From Candidatus Pacebacteria bacterium CG_4_9_14_0_2_um_filter_40_15 (GTDB taxonomy: Bacteria > Patescibacteriota > Microgenomatia > UBA1400 > PJMF01): a stretch of 64,000 nt of DNA. Within the stretch, counting starts at the first letter, position 1; every line of letters starts with the position of its first letter. The notes under the pieces were generated by a model. It had not been told where the DNA came from. It saw nothing but the letters and a program-made list of their open reading frames with translations, and did no database searches. Position numbers and translations under genes: made by a program. Location of the stretch: NCBI GenBank assembly GCA_002788675.1, contig PFRS01000008.1, forward strand, positions 3,233-67,232, given 5' to 3'. Below are positions 20,065-28,649 of this stretch, piece by piece.

Positions 20065-22269
20065 ATGTCACCAAAATCAGCATTACCAAAAAAAAGGATG
20101 AAATTCATAGATAGAAAACTCGATGAGGGAATGGGTAAAGCCGTTGCTCGTCGCACCTATCTACGAAAGGTAGAGGATGAGACAACTGGTCGAGAGCGCT
20201 GGGAGCGTTGGCCAGAGGTTGCACAGCGCGTAGCGCGAGGTAATACATCACTCGTTAAGAATTTCAAAGGTATCGGTAAGAAACATCAAGAGGAAGAGTT
20301 TGAATTGCTCAAGAAGCATATAGCTAATGCTTCCATGCTTATGAGCGGCAGACATCTCCAACATGGTGACGAAACCCAGTCTGAGCGAAACATGGAAGTG
20401 TTTACTAACTGTAGTACAGCATCATCATCATTCATTTTATTTTATCTGCTTATGAATGGATCTGGTGTAGGTCGTGCATACGATGACGACATGTGTGTGG
20501 TCGACTGGGATAACATGCCAAACGTCCGCTGTGTCATTGATGGTGAACATGCAGATTTTGAGTGGGGCGTTGATGAAAGTCTTCGAGATGCTAAACATAA
20601 GTATGGTGAAGGTGATCGCATTCATTGGTTTGAAGTTCCAGACAGTCGTGAAGGCTGGGGACAAGCAGTTGAAATGATTGAAATCATGGCGTTCGAGAAA
20701 AAGTTCAAGGATGATATGCTTATTTTAGATTTCACCAAAGTGCGCCCTAAAGGCAGCCCAATTGCAGGTATGCAGAACCGACCATCTTCAGGTCCAAAAC
20801 CGCTTATGAATGCCATTGATAAGCTTTCAACAGTAAAGGGTGCCGGCATGTCACCTTGGAAGCAGGCAATGTTTGTAGACCACTACTTAGCTGAATGTGT
20901 CTTAGTCGGTGGTGCCCGTCGCAGTGCTCGTATCGCAACAAAAACTTGGTCAGACCCAGAAATTTTCGACTTCATTAATATTAAACGTGGTGGATTCCTG
21001 TGGAGTGCTAACAACTCTGTTGCCGTTGATGATAAGTTTTGGAAACAGCGCAGTGGCCATGCCAAAAAAGTGCTCGATATGATTATGGAAGCATCATATA
21101 AAGATGGCACTGGTGAGCCAGGCTTCATTAACCAACATCTTCTGGTACAAAATGATGAAGGCTACGACGGCTACCAGGATGGCAAGTACGCTGAAAGTGA
21201 AAAATACAAGCCATTTACACGCAGTGAAGCAATGTTGGCAAAGTTAGCTCGTAATGCAGGCGCTAAAGTCTATGCTCAGATCCCTAACCCTTGTGGTGAA
21301 ATTTCACTTAACATGTTAGGTGGCTATTGTGTGATTGGTGATGTGGTTCCTTACTACTGTCCAACCTTGGATGATGCTGAAGAAGCCTTTAGAGCCATGG
21401 CACGTGCGCTTATCCGTGTTAACTCTATGGACTGTCTCTACTCTCGTGAAGTGAAACGAACCAACCGTATTGGAGTTGGTATGACCGGTATTCATGAATT
21501 TGCTTGGAACATGTTTGGCTATGCATTTAGAGATCTTGTTGATGAAGAAAAAAGTAAAGATTTCTGGTTAACGCTTGCTCGCTTTAAACGAGCAGTCGTT
21601 GAGGAAGCTGAAGAGTATTCTAAGAAATTAGGGGTGGCCGTTCCTCATACCAACACAACTATCAAGCCTTCTGGAACAATTTCAAAATTGTTTGCCTTAA
21701 CCGAAGGTGCTCACTTGCCAAGTATGCGCGAATACATTAGATGGGTGCAGTATCGTAGTGACGATCCAATGGTAAAGAAGTACCAGAAAAAAGGTTATCC
21801 AATTAAAGAATTGCGAAGTTACCAAGGATCAACTGCGGTTGGATTTCCAACCCAACCACTTATTTGCCGCATTGGTATGAATGGTGAGCTCGTTACAGCT
21901 GGAGAAGCAACTCCAGAAGAGCAGTACAAATGGCTCATGCTTCTGGAAAAGTACTGGATTGTGGGTATAGATGCAGATGGAAAACCACTTGAAGACACAG
22001 GCAATCAGGTTTCTTACACACTTAAGTATGATCCTAAGATTGTATCCTACAAAGGATTTACCGATATGGTTCGCAAGTATCAAGGTGAAGTAAAGTGCTG
22101 TAGTGTGATGCCACAGCAGGATACGACTGCCTATGAGTACCAGCCAGAGCAACCAGTAACATCGAGTGAATTTATGCGAGTGTTAAATGAAATCGAAAAG
22201 GACGAGAACCTCGCTGAGGACATAGATTATGAACATCTTAAATGCGAGAGTGGTGCATGTCCTATCTAA
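20065..22269 (+). CDS. nrdJ: adenosylcobalamin-dependent ribonucleoside-triphosphate reductase, monomeric class II (Lactobacillus leichmannii RTPR type)
   Basis: 734 aa. N-terminus VARRTYLRKVEDETTGRERWERWPEVAQRVARGN parallels the RTPR N-terminus. NPCGEISL active-site segment and C-terminal redox Cys pair ...CESGACPI (RTPR ends ...CEGGACPIK). Sits immediately downstream of nrdR. Confidence 0.85.
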   Translation: MSPKSALPKKRMKFIDRKLDEGMGKAVARRTYLRKVEDETTGRERWERWPEVAQRVARGNTSLVKNFKGIGKKHQEEEFELLKKHIANASMLMSGRHLQHGDETQSERNMEVFTNCSTASSSFILFYLLMNGSGVGRAYDDDMCVVDWDNMPNVRCVIDGEHADFEWGVDESLRDAKHKYGEGDRIHWFEVPDSREGWGQAVEMIEIMAFEKKFKDDMLILDFTKVRPKGSPIAGMQNRPSSGPKPLMNAIDKLSTVKGAGMSPWKQAMFVDHYLAECVLVGGARRSARIATKTWSDPEIFDFINIKRGGFLWSANNSVAVDDKFWKQRSGHAKKVLDMIMEASYKDGTGEPGFINQHLLVQNDEGYDGYQDGKYAESEKYKPFTRSEAMLAKLARNAGAKVYAQIPNPCGEISLNMLGGYCVIGDVVPYYCPTLDDAEEAFRAMARALIRVNSMDCLYSREVKRTNRIGVGMTGIHEFAWNMFGYAFRDLVDEEKSKDFWLTLARFKRAVVEEAEEYSKKLGVAVPHTNTTIKPSGTISKLFALTEGAHLPSMREYIRWVQYRSDDPMVKKYQKKGYPIKELRSYQGSTAVGFPTQPLICRIGMNGELVTAGEATPEEQYKWLMLLEKYWIVGIDADGKPLEDTGNQVSYTLKYDPKIVSYKGFTDMVRKYQGEVKCCSVMPQQDTTAYEYQPEQPVTSSEFMRVLNEIEKDENLAEDIDYEHLKCESGACPI

Positions 22270-22296
22270 CTTGATGTGAGTGATGTAGACAAAAAA

Positions 22297-22336
22297 TAGC
22301 TACTTGGCAAACAATTGCCAAGTAGCTATACTTTAA
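22297..22336 (+). terminator. hairpin tagctacttggcaa-acaa-ttgccaagtagcta after nrdJ
   Basis: 14-bp perfect stem, weak U-tract (tatacttt). Confidence 0.5.
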
Positions 22337-22420
22337 AAAGTAGCAGTATTTTTGTTGATACATCAACGTAATAAAAGACTACAAAATATATCGTACTATA
22401 TCAAAGTAATAAGGAAAACT

Positions 22421-22933
22421 ATGGACCTACAACAAGCATTAGATCGATTCAAGGCCGATCTTGAAGCATATATTAGAGATGAGGTTGCACGGCAGATTGC
22501 AGGTCACGTAGGAGCAACGCAAGAAAAGAACATTTCTTTGGCAGCTAGTGTTTCAACTGATTTAAGTTCAACAAGCAATTCTAGTATTCAAGCAACTTTA
22601 GATCAACTGAGTGAGTTGGCAATTCCAAAAGAAAAGATAGTTTCTTCTGAGTCACTTGACGAGTTAACAAATTATTACAGTGATACTGTTAGCGTGCCAA
22701 CTCAACAAGATGTTGATTATGTTAGTGATTTAGCAGGTCTGAGTCAACGACTACAACGAACTGATATCACGAATAATGCCACTGAATCTCTTTATTCATT
22801 GGGTGTAACCGCACCAACAGGATCTGCCACAGTACAACCTCCAAATGTTGCAACTCAGAATACTAATGAAATGTCTGGGATTCAATCATTTCTTAATAAA
22901 ATACGATTACGCAAGAATTTAAGTAGTAACTAG
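22421..22933 (+). CDS. hypothetical protein (Ser/Thr-rich), first of a three-gene cluster
   Basis: The track start is TTG. ATG at 22421 is preceded by AAGGAAAA. No recognisable domain. Confidence 0.45.
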   Translation: MDLQQALDRFKADLEAYIRDEVARQIAGHVGATQEKNISLAASVSTDLSSTSNSSIQATLDQLSELAIPKEKIVSSESLDELTNYYSDTVSVPTQQDVDYVSDLAGLSQRLQRTDITNNATESLYSLGVTAPTGSATVQPPNVATQNTNEMSGIQSFLNKIRLRKNLSSN

Positions 22934-22944
22934 TAAAGGAAAAT

Positions 22945-23661
22945 ATGATAGAAAATGGACAACAAGTGGATCCAAGTGTTATAGCACTTGAAGCAAAATC
23001 ACAAAGCACTTGGAATGAAGAACTTGCCCCGCACATAAAATTAGGTGAGTCAACACCGATGACAACTGCTGAAAAAATGGATCAAAAAAGACTGACTAAG
23101 CATGCGTCAAAAGAAGCAAGAAAAGCACAGCGAGAACAAGATCGTAATGGTCGCTCAGAAAGATGGGGAAAGAAATGGAGTTCTTTTAAGGAAAGTGTAT
23201 CTGGAGCATGGAATAAAACAAAAGATGTTGTTAAAGCAATTCCTGATGTGCCAAGTAAGACTGTAGACTTTGTTGAGGATGCTTATGATGCATCAGCTAC
23301 TTATATTAATGGACATGCTGTAAGAGCTGTCAATAAAGTTAATAATGTAACTACAAACTGGGGTGATGAAGTGACTGCAGCTGCTAATTTTATTAACTCT
23401 CTAGGTGCAAATTTAAAACATTCATATAATCAAGAGAGATTAGTTGCTCGTGCTGATACGCTAAAGTCAGTTGCAAATAATATTGTATCACCTGATGTCG
23501 CAACTGACGCTGGAGCAGAAGATCAATTACTCGCAGGTATGGATAAGGCATCTGAGATTGCTAATAAAATTAAAGATTTAGAAGACCAACTTGCTGCTGC
23601 TCGTGCACAACAGGGTAAGTTAAAGAAAGCTGGTGGCTGGTTAAAGAAATTCTTAAGTTAA
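22945..23661 (+). CDS. hypothetical protein with C-terminal amphipathic helix
   Basis: SD AAAGGAAAA. 238 aa, coiled-coil-rich, ends ...KLKKAGGWLKKFLS. Confidence 0.5.
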   Translation: MIENGQQVDPSVIALEAKSQSTWNEELAPHIKLGESTPMTTAEKMDQKRLTKHASKEARKAQREQDRNGRSERWGKKWSSFKESVSGAWNKTKDVVKAIPDVPSKTVDFVEDAYDASATYINGHAVRAVNKVNNVTTNWGDEVTAAANFINSLGANLKHSYNQERLVARADTLKSVANNIVSPDVATDAGAEDQLLAGMDKASEIANKIKDLEDQLAAARAQQGKLKKAGGWLKKFLS

Positions 23662-23679
23662 ATTACAAAGGAACATACT

Positions 23680-23991
23680 ATGACAAAACAACAATTATTT
23701 GACGGTTTAGTAGAGCAAGGACTTGATCAAGAAGCTATTGATGTAGTTAAGCAAGCAGCTGAATCAATGCCAGATGAGCTCACAACTGAGAATATTCAAT
23801 CAGTTACTGAACTTATAGATGAGATGGAGCAGGCTGAACTTATTTTAGAGCGCTCATATGAACAAGAGATTGAGGCTAACGATAGAGCTTTTGAATCGAT
23901 TATGGATATTGGTGATGAATATGTAGCAGCATCAGCCGCCCAAACTGTCGCAGATATTGAGATGGTTAATACCCTAGTAGGTGCAGAATAG
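23680..23991 (+). CDS. small highly acidic hypothetical protein
   Basis: SD AAAGGAAC. 103 aa, strongly acidic (many D/E, almost no K/R). Confidence 0.5.
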   Translation: MTKQQLFDGLVEQGLDQEAIDVVKQAAESMPDELTTENIQSVTELIDEMEQAELILERSYEQEIEANDRAFESIMDIGDEYVAASAAQTVADIEMVNTLVGAE

Positions 23992-24015
23992 CATCAACTA
24001 TTGAATTACACATTA

Positions 24016-24046
24016 AAAGGCAAGTGTTATCACTTGCCTTTTTTTA
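24016..24046 (+). terminator. rho-independent terminator aggcaagtg-ttat-cacttgcct + T7
   Basis: 9-bp stem followed by TTTTTTT. An A-run upstream makes it usable in both directions (convergent tsaD ends at 24098). Confidence 0.6.
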
Positions 24047-24097
24047 CTTTGAATGATGAGTATCATTAAATGAAATAAGGTATTATCTATGTTTTGC

Positions 24098-25165
24098 TTA
24101 TTTATTTGATTCGATCGATAATCTTGGTTTTCGCTCAATTGAAGCATTTTCTAATGAAACAGCATGTTTTGCAAGTTTATACCCTGCAGCAACACCAATC
24201 ATGGCGCCATTATCCATGTTAAGCCTTCGGGTATAAGGAACTTTAAGTTGCAATCCATATGGTTTAATTGTTTCGCGAATGCTTCGTCTCAGTTGAACGT
24301 TAGCAGCCACACCGCCACCGAGCCAAACTTCAGCAAAATCATGCTGTTGTAATAACTTATTCAATTTATGCATAATATGCCTAAATACCGAGTATTGTGA
24401 TGATGCACAAAAGTCAAAAATATCTTGTTTGGTTAGTGCACCGTCCTTCGTCTTTTCTTCGAGTGTATTTCTGGCAAATGTTTTGAGTCCCGAAAAACTC
24501 ATGTTGAAATCGTTGCTAGCAGTCATTGGTAGCGGGAAGGTAATAGCCTTCGGGTTACCTTTTTTCGCAAACTCTTCGATGATATGTCCTGCTGGGTATC
24601 CCAGGTTAAGCATGCGTCCAATCTTATCAAGACATTCACCGGCTGCATCGTCAAGTTTAGTTCCGAGTATAGTGTAGTTTCCAATTTCTTTGACTTCTAT
24701 AAATTGGGTGTGGCCACCGCTGACAATAATTGCGAGAGCTGGAAGTTGAGGTGCTTTGGCATTGGGTGTTGTTTTTTTTGAGTTTGGTTGGGCGAGGCAA
24801 GACAGTGCATGACCTTCTATGTGATTGACAGGAATGAGGGGAATGGCATATTTCTCTGAAAAGGCTTCAGCAGCTCGGATTCCGACTTCAAGTGCGGGAG
24901 CTAGTCCTGGTCCCTGGGTTACTGCTACTGCAGCAAGATCTGTTGGTAAGGTATGCGCGCGTTTAAGGGCTAGAGCAATTACTCGGTCGATGTTTTCCTT
25001 ATGTGCTTGTTTGGCAACAGTTGGAAACACACCACCATAGGGTTTATGTAATTCAGTTTGTGAGGCAATGATATTTGAAAGTACGACATTATTTTCGACA
25101 ACAGCAGCTGATGTATCGTCGCATGAAGTATCGATTGCTAGTATTTTTTTTGAAGTATTATTCAT
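24098..25165 (-). CDS. tsaD: tRNA N6-adenosine threonylcarbamoyltransferase TsaD (Kae1/Gcp)
   Basis: ILAIDTSCDDTSAAVVEN...; conserved HxxH metal site (NHIEGH). The track start is GTG; ATG at 25165 (MNNTSKK) overlaps the upstream stop (ATGA). Confidence 0.9.
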   Translation of the reverse strand: MNNTSKKILAIDTSCDDTSAAVVENNVVLSNIIASQTELHKPYGGVFPTVAKQAHKENIDRVIALALKRAHTLPTDLAAVAVTQGPGLAPALEVGIRAAEAFSEKYAIPLIPVNHIEGHALSCLAQPNSKKTTPNAKAPQLPALAIIVSGGHTQFIEVKEIGNYTILGTKLDDAAGECLDKIGRMLNLGYPAGHIIEEFAKKGNPKAITFPLPMTASNDFNMSFSGLKTFARNTLEEKTKDGALTKQDIFDFCASSQYSVFRHIMHKLNKLLQQHDFAEVWLGGGVAANVQLRRSIRETIKPYGLQLKVPYTRRLNMDNGAMIGVAAGYKLAKHAVSLENASIERKPRLSIESNK

Positions 25166-26258
25166 GAGCCGCTCCGATGTCTGAAATATGCAGTGTGCGG
25201 GCTTCACCTTCTTGTGAGAGTGCTATGTGTACTATGGGTACTGTGTGTTTTGCTGCCAGGTTCATCAAATACTCTCGCGCAACATCAAACCACTCAATAA
25301 TGAGGATCGAGGCAGGTTCAAGCATTTCTTCAAGGCCAAGTCTATTGGCTTCAGCTGCTGATTCAAGTTTCCAGATATCGGCATGGAAGAGGCGACCTGT
25401 TGTTTGATGTCGGGTATAGTCATATTCTTCAACATACGAATAGGTCGGAGACGTGATTGTTTCTTGAATGTTTAGAAAGTGTGCCACTCCCTTAGTGAAG
25501 ACAGTTTTACCTATACCCAGCGGTCCATCCAGGGCAATAATCAGACCTGTTTGGGTTACCGCGTTCCAATTTTTGAGGATCAGTTTTCCTGCTACATCCA
25601 TAGTTTCTTGTTCAGTATGTGTCGTTACAGTTTGCATATCTGAAGACGTAAGTTTTGTTGCTCCTTGTCTCAACGTAATAGGAGTTTGCAGGGTTGCATC
25701 AATAACTGTTGAGGGTGGATTATGGACAAGTTCACCTGCATCGAGAATAAGGTCGATTTTATCTTTTTGTGCCTGGGAAAGATTCGAGAGGATGTCTGAT
25801 ATGCTGTATGGTCGTTTTTTCCCCGACGCATTCGCTGAGGTTGCTGTCATGGGTTTACCATAGGCAGTTACCAGATCTAAAATGAGTTGATAGTCTGGAA
25901 TACGAAGTCCCAATGTGCCAAACTCAGAAGCAACTCCGGATGCTACAACACCTTTGTCCTTGCAGACAACAGTAACTGGTCCAGGTAAGAATTGGGCGGA
26001 GATTTGACGAGCTTGGTCGTTGATTTCAAGATACTTTTCTGCCATTTCAAGGTTAGAAACAGCGATGGAAAGTGGTTTCCCCTCACGTCTGCTCTTATAG
26101 GCAAGGAGTTTTTCAACAGCTGCAGGATTAGTTGCGTCAACACCCGCGCCATAGGTTGTCTCAGTTGGGAAAATAACAAGACCACCTGAAGCAAGTACTT
26201 CTGAAGTTTGTAAAATAATATCTTTTGCTGGTGTATTGGTACAATCTATGATTTGCAT
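25158..26258 (-). CDS. fusion protein: threonylcarbamoyl-AMP synthase TsaC (YrdC domain) + TsaE (YjeE P-loop)
   Basis: N-terminal half: PTETTYGAG, LPGPVT, TSANASG, which are YrdC/Sua5 motifs. C-terminal about 155 aa: ALDGPLGIGKTVFTKGVAHFL...SPTYSYVEEY...HADIWKLE...ILIIEW, the TsaE signature. Confidence 0.75.
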   Translation of the reverse strand: MQIIDCTNTPAKDIILQTSEVLASGGLVIFPTETTYGAGVDATNPAAVEKLLAYKSRREGKPLSIAVSNLEMAEKYLEINDQARQISAQFLPGPVTVVCKDKGVVASGVASEFGTLGLRIPDYQLILDLVTAYGKPMTATSANASGKKRPYSISDILSNLSQAQKDKIDLILDAGELVHNPPSTVIDATLQTPITLRQGATKLTSSDMQTVTTHTEQETMDVAGKLILKNWNAVTQTGLIIALDGPLGIGKTVFTKGVAHFLNIQETITSPTYSYVEEYDYTRHQTTGRLFHADIWKLESAAEANRLGLEEMLEPASILIIEWFDVAREYLMNLAAKHTVPIVHIALSQEGEARTLHISDIGAAHE

Positions 26259-26360
26259 GACTCTGTATTATACCAGGCGTACGCAATTTTTCTTATATCT
26301 ATGTATGTAGAAAGGATATTCTCAGGGAAATACAAAAAAAACATAGTATAATGCTCGTAT

Positions 26361-26690
26361 ATGACAGGAACAGTAGCATTTGCCTCTGGTGCAGAGGTAT
26401 CAAAAAAATTCAAGTTATATCTTAAAGTAAGAGAAATTAAGGGTATTAAGAAGGTTATAAGTGAGATAGAACAACTTCCACTTGGTGATCGAGAAGAATG
26501 GATTGAAGAGTATGGCGATATGATAAATACCGCCCTTGATAATTTTGTTGATGATTCAAGTTTTTCTTTTGAAAATATTTTTAATGATGACGAGACACTT
26601 GCGTTGTCTCAAGAACTGGTTTCTACACTGAAGGATACGATCCAGAGTGTTGAGGGTATGCTCTACCCAGATTCATTACTCGAAAGTTAG
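26361..26690 (+). CDS. small acidic hypothetical protein
   Basis: 109 aa. TATAAT 9 nt upstream of the ATG, so possibly a short leader or leaderless transcript. Confidence 0.35.
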   Translation: MTGTVAFASGAEVSKKFKLYLKVREIKGIKKVISEIEQLPLGDREEWIEEYGDMINTALDNFVDDSSFSFENIFNDDETLALSQELVSTLKDTIQSVEGMLYPDSLLES

Positions 26691-26695
26691 CTTAC

Positions 26696-27472
26696 ATGCA
26701 GTTGTTTACTACGCTTATTTATCAGCCTTTTTTGAATATATTGGTTTTTACCTATTGGGGCTTGGGAAAAGTTACTGGTGGTAATCCTGATATGGGCATT
26801 GCTGTGATACTTTTTACGGTTATTGTTCGTTTTATTTTGTTACCACTTTCTCTTAGGGGGCATAGAACAGAGGCCGAGAGGCGTAAAATCATTTCTGATT
26901 TAGATGATCTTAAGCAAGAATACCTCGGGGATCATATTGGTTTTGAAAAAGCTCGCAAAAAGTTACTTAAAGACAACAACACTGTGTTATATGGTGAGTT
27001 TACGTCATTAATTGTTCAAGTTGTTTTAGCATTAATGCTTTGGAAAATGTTTTCTACTGGACTTGAGGGGGCTGATTTACATTTACTGTATCCATTTATG
27101 CCAGAAGTAGATACCCCATACAACTTATTGTTTTTGGGAAAATATGATTTGAGTCACCCTAATTTGATTTTAAACTTTATTCAGTCCATGTTGATTTTCA
27201 TTTTTGAAACACTTTCAACCTATTACTCTAGATATAGAGTGACAAGAGCAGAAGTTGTCCGAGTTCAGTTAGTCCTTCCCGTTATGTCATTCCTAATATT
27301 TATGGGACTCCCAGCAGGTAAGAAACTCTTTGTGATAACTACCTTGTTATTCAGTATCGTTTTAATACTTATAAGAATTGTGAAACGGAGCTTCTCTGAC
27401 TACCGATATAAAAAGGAGCAAGCAGTTACTGTTCTAGCAGAAGAAGAAAAAATAGTCGTGACAAAAAGGTGA
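26696..27472 (+). CDS. yidC: membrane protein insertase YidC (short form)
   Basis: LIYQPFLNIL...GIAVILFTVIVRFILLPLSL matches the YidC/Oxa1 core helix 1, followed by a charged hairpin and four further TM helices. 258 aa. Confidence 0.75.
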   Translation: MQLFTTLIYQPFLNILVFTYWGLGKVTGGNPDMGIAVILFTVIVRFILLPLSLRGHRTEAERRKIISDLDDLKQEYLGDHIGFEKARKKLLKDNNTVLYGEFTSLIVQVVLALMLWKMFSTGLEGADLHLLYPFMPEVDTPYNLLFLGKYDLSHPNLILNFIQSMLIFIFETLSTYYSRYRVTRAEVVRVQLVLPVMSFLIFMGLPAGKKLFVITTLLFSIVLILIRIVKRSFSDYRYKKEQAVTVLAEEEKIVVTKR

Positions 27473-27546
27473 ATTGCGAAGTAAGAGAAGGTCCCCTGGG
27501 GGACGAAGTAGTGGTACAATGACCTTTGATTACGAAAAGGAAAAGT

Positions 27547-28167
27547 ATGGAATTTGATAGACTTGTTGTTTCATTTTTAGTTGACGAAGTCGTGGGTGGT
27601 TTTTTTATTTCTGTACCTCCTGGACACGTTGCTTGTATCTATGATCGTGGCAGAGGCGTGTTACCTCGAATTTGGGGTCCTGGACTCCATTTCAAAATTC
27701 CCTTTTGGCAAGTTGCAAAATTATTTAATTCGCAAGTTCTTGAATATTCAATTATGGAAGGTTTTTCTTTGGTTAAAAACAAAGAAGCTTTGGGTGACAT
27801 GCCAATTAGGACGGTGACCGCTGATGGTACACAAATTGCGATTGAAGGCTCTATTTTGTTTAGAATCGATAGAAATAATGCACCTGAACTTTGGGAAAAC
27901 TTGGGTGAACATTTAGTTTCTAAGGTTGTTCGGCCATTTTCTCGTAGTAAAATTTCAGCATTATTTACCGAGTGGACGTTAGAGCAGATAATTCATAATC
28001 GTGGCCAGGTTGAGAGTATGGTCAAAGATGAACTGCAAAAGTATTTCCAAGACCGTGGGTTAGACTGTGAAGGCTTTTTACTTTCTAAAGTTGAGGAAGT
28101 GGGTTCTAGTGGTACCAAAAAAGTAGTACTCGAAGCTCCAGAAGTGCATTCTCAAGAAACACACTAG
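27547..28167 (+). CDS. SPFH/band-7 (prohibitin/HflC-like) domain protein
   Basis: VPPGHVACIYDRGRGVLPRIWGPGLHFKIPF is the SPFH N-terminal signature. The track start is TTG; ATG at 27547 has an AAGGAAAAG SD. Confidence 0.65.
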   Translation: MEFDRLVVSFLVDEVVGGFFISVPPGHVACIYDRGRGVLPRIWGPGLHFKIPFWQVAKLFNSQVLEYSIMEGFSLVKNKEALGDMPIRTVTADGTQIAIEGSILFRIDRNNAPELWENLGEHLVSKVVRPFSRSKISALFTEWTLEQIIHNRGQVESMVKDELQKYFQDRGLDCEGFLLSKVEEVGSSGTKKVVLEAPEVHSQETH

Positions 28168-28200
28168 TTATTTTTTTTCATTTTTCAATGGAAGTACCTG

Positions 28201-28230
28201 TTGACAATTTCTTAGCACTCAATTAGTATT
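28201..28230 (+). promoter_or_regulatory. groES promoter TTGACA-N18-TAGTAT with a CIRCE left half-site (TTAGCACTC) in the spacer
   Basis: Hexamers and TTAGCACTC (28212-28220) read from the sequence. The expected right half (GAGTGCTAA) is degenerate: gtgctcaa lies 24 nt away. Confidence 0.4.
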
Positions 28231-28307
28231 ACTGCTAGTTCGTGCTCAATCTGAAGTACGAAATAAAACCAAAAGTAGTAATAATAGTTAGAAAAAGAAA
28301 GGTGAAC

Positions 28308-28610
28308 ATGTCATCTGTTTCTGTTTCAAGCATTTCTCCCTTATCAGGATACGTATTAGTTGAGCCAGCTGAGGTTCAATCTCAAACCGCAAGCGGTATT
28401 TACATCGCTTCAGACAATCAAGAAAAACCACAATATGGTACTGTTATCGCCGTTGGTGACGATGTTGTGATCGATGGAGCCACCGTTAAGGCACCAGTTA
28501 AAAAAGGTCAAACGGTTGTCTTTAAAAAATGGGGTGGCACCGAATTTAAAGTCGCTGATACTGAGTACCAGTTCTTAAAATTTGAAGATCTCTTAGCCAT
28601 AGTTAAGTAA
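28308..28610 (+). CDS. groES: co-chaperonin GroES
   Basis: ISPLSGYVLVEPAEVQSQTASGIYIA...GTVIAVGDD. The track start is GTG; ATG at 28308 has an AAAGGTGA SD. Confidence 0.9.
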   Translation: MSSVSVSSISPLSGYVLVEPAEVQSQTASGIYIASDNQEKPQYGTVIAVGDDVVIDGATVKAPVKKGQTVVFKKWGGTEFKVADTEYQFLKFEDLLAIVK

Positions 28611-28649
28611 TATTTAAAAAATCATTCATACCATTCACGAAAGGAATAT

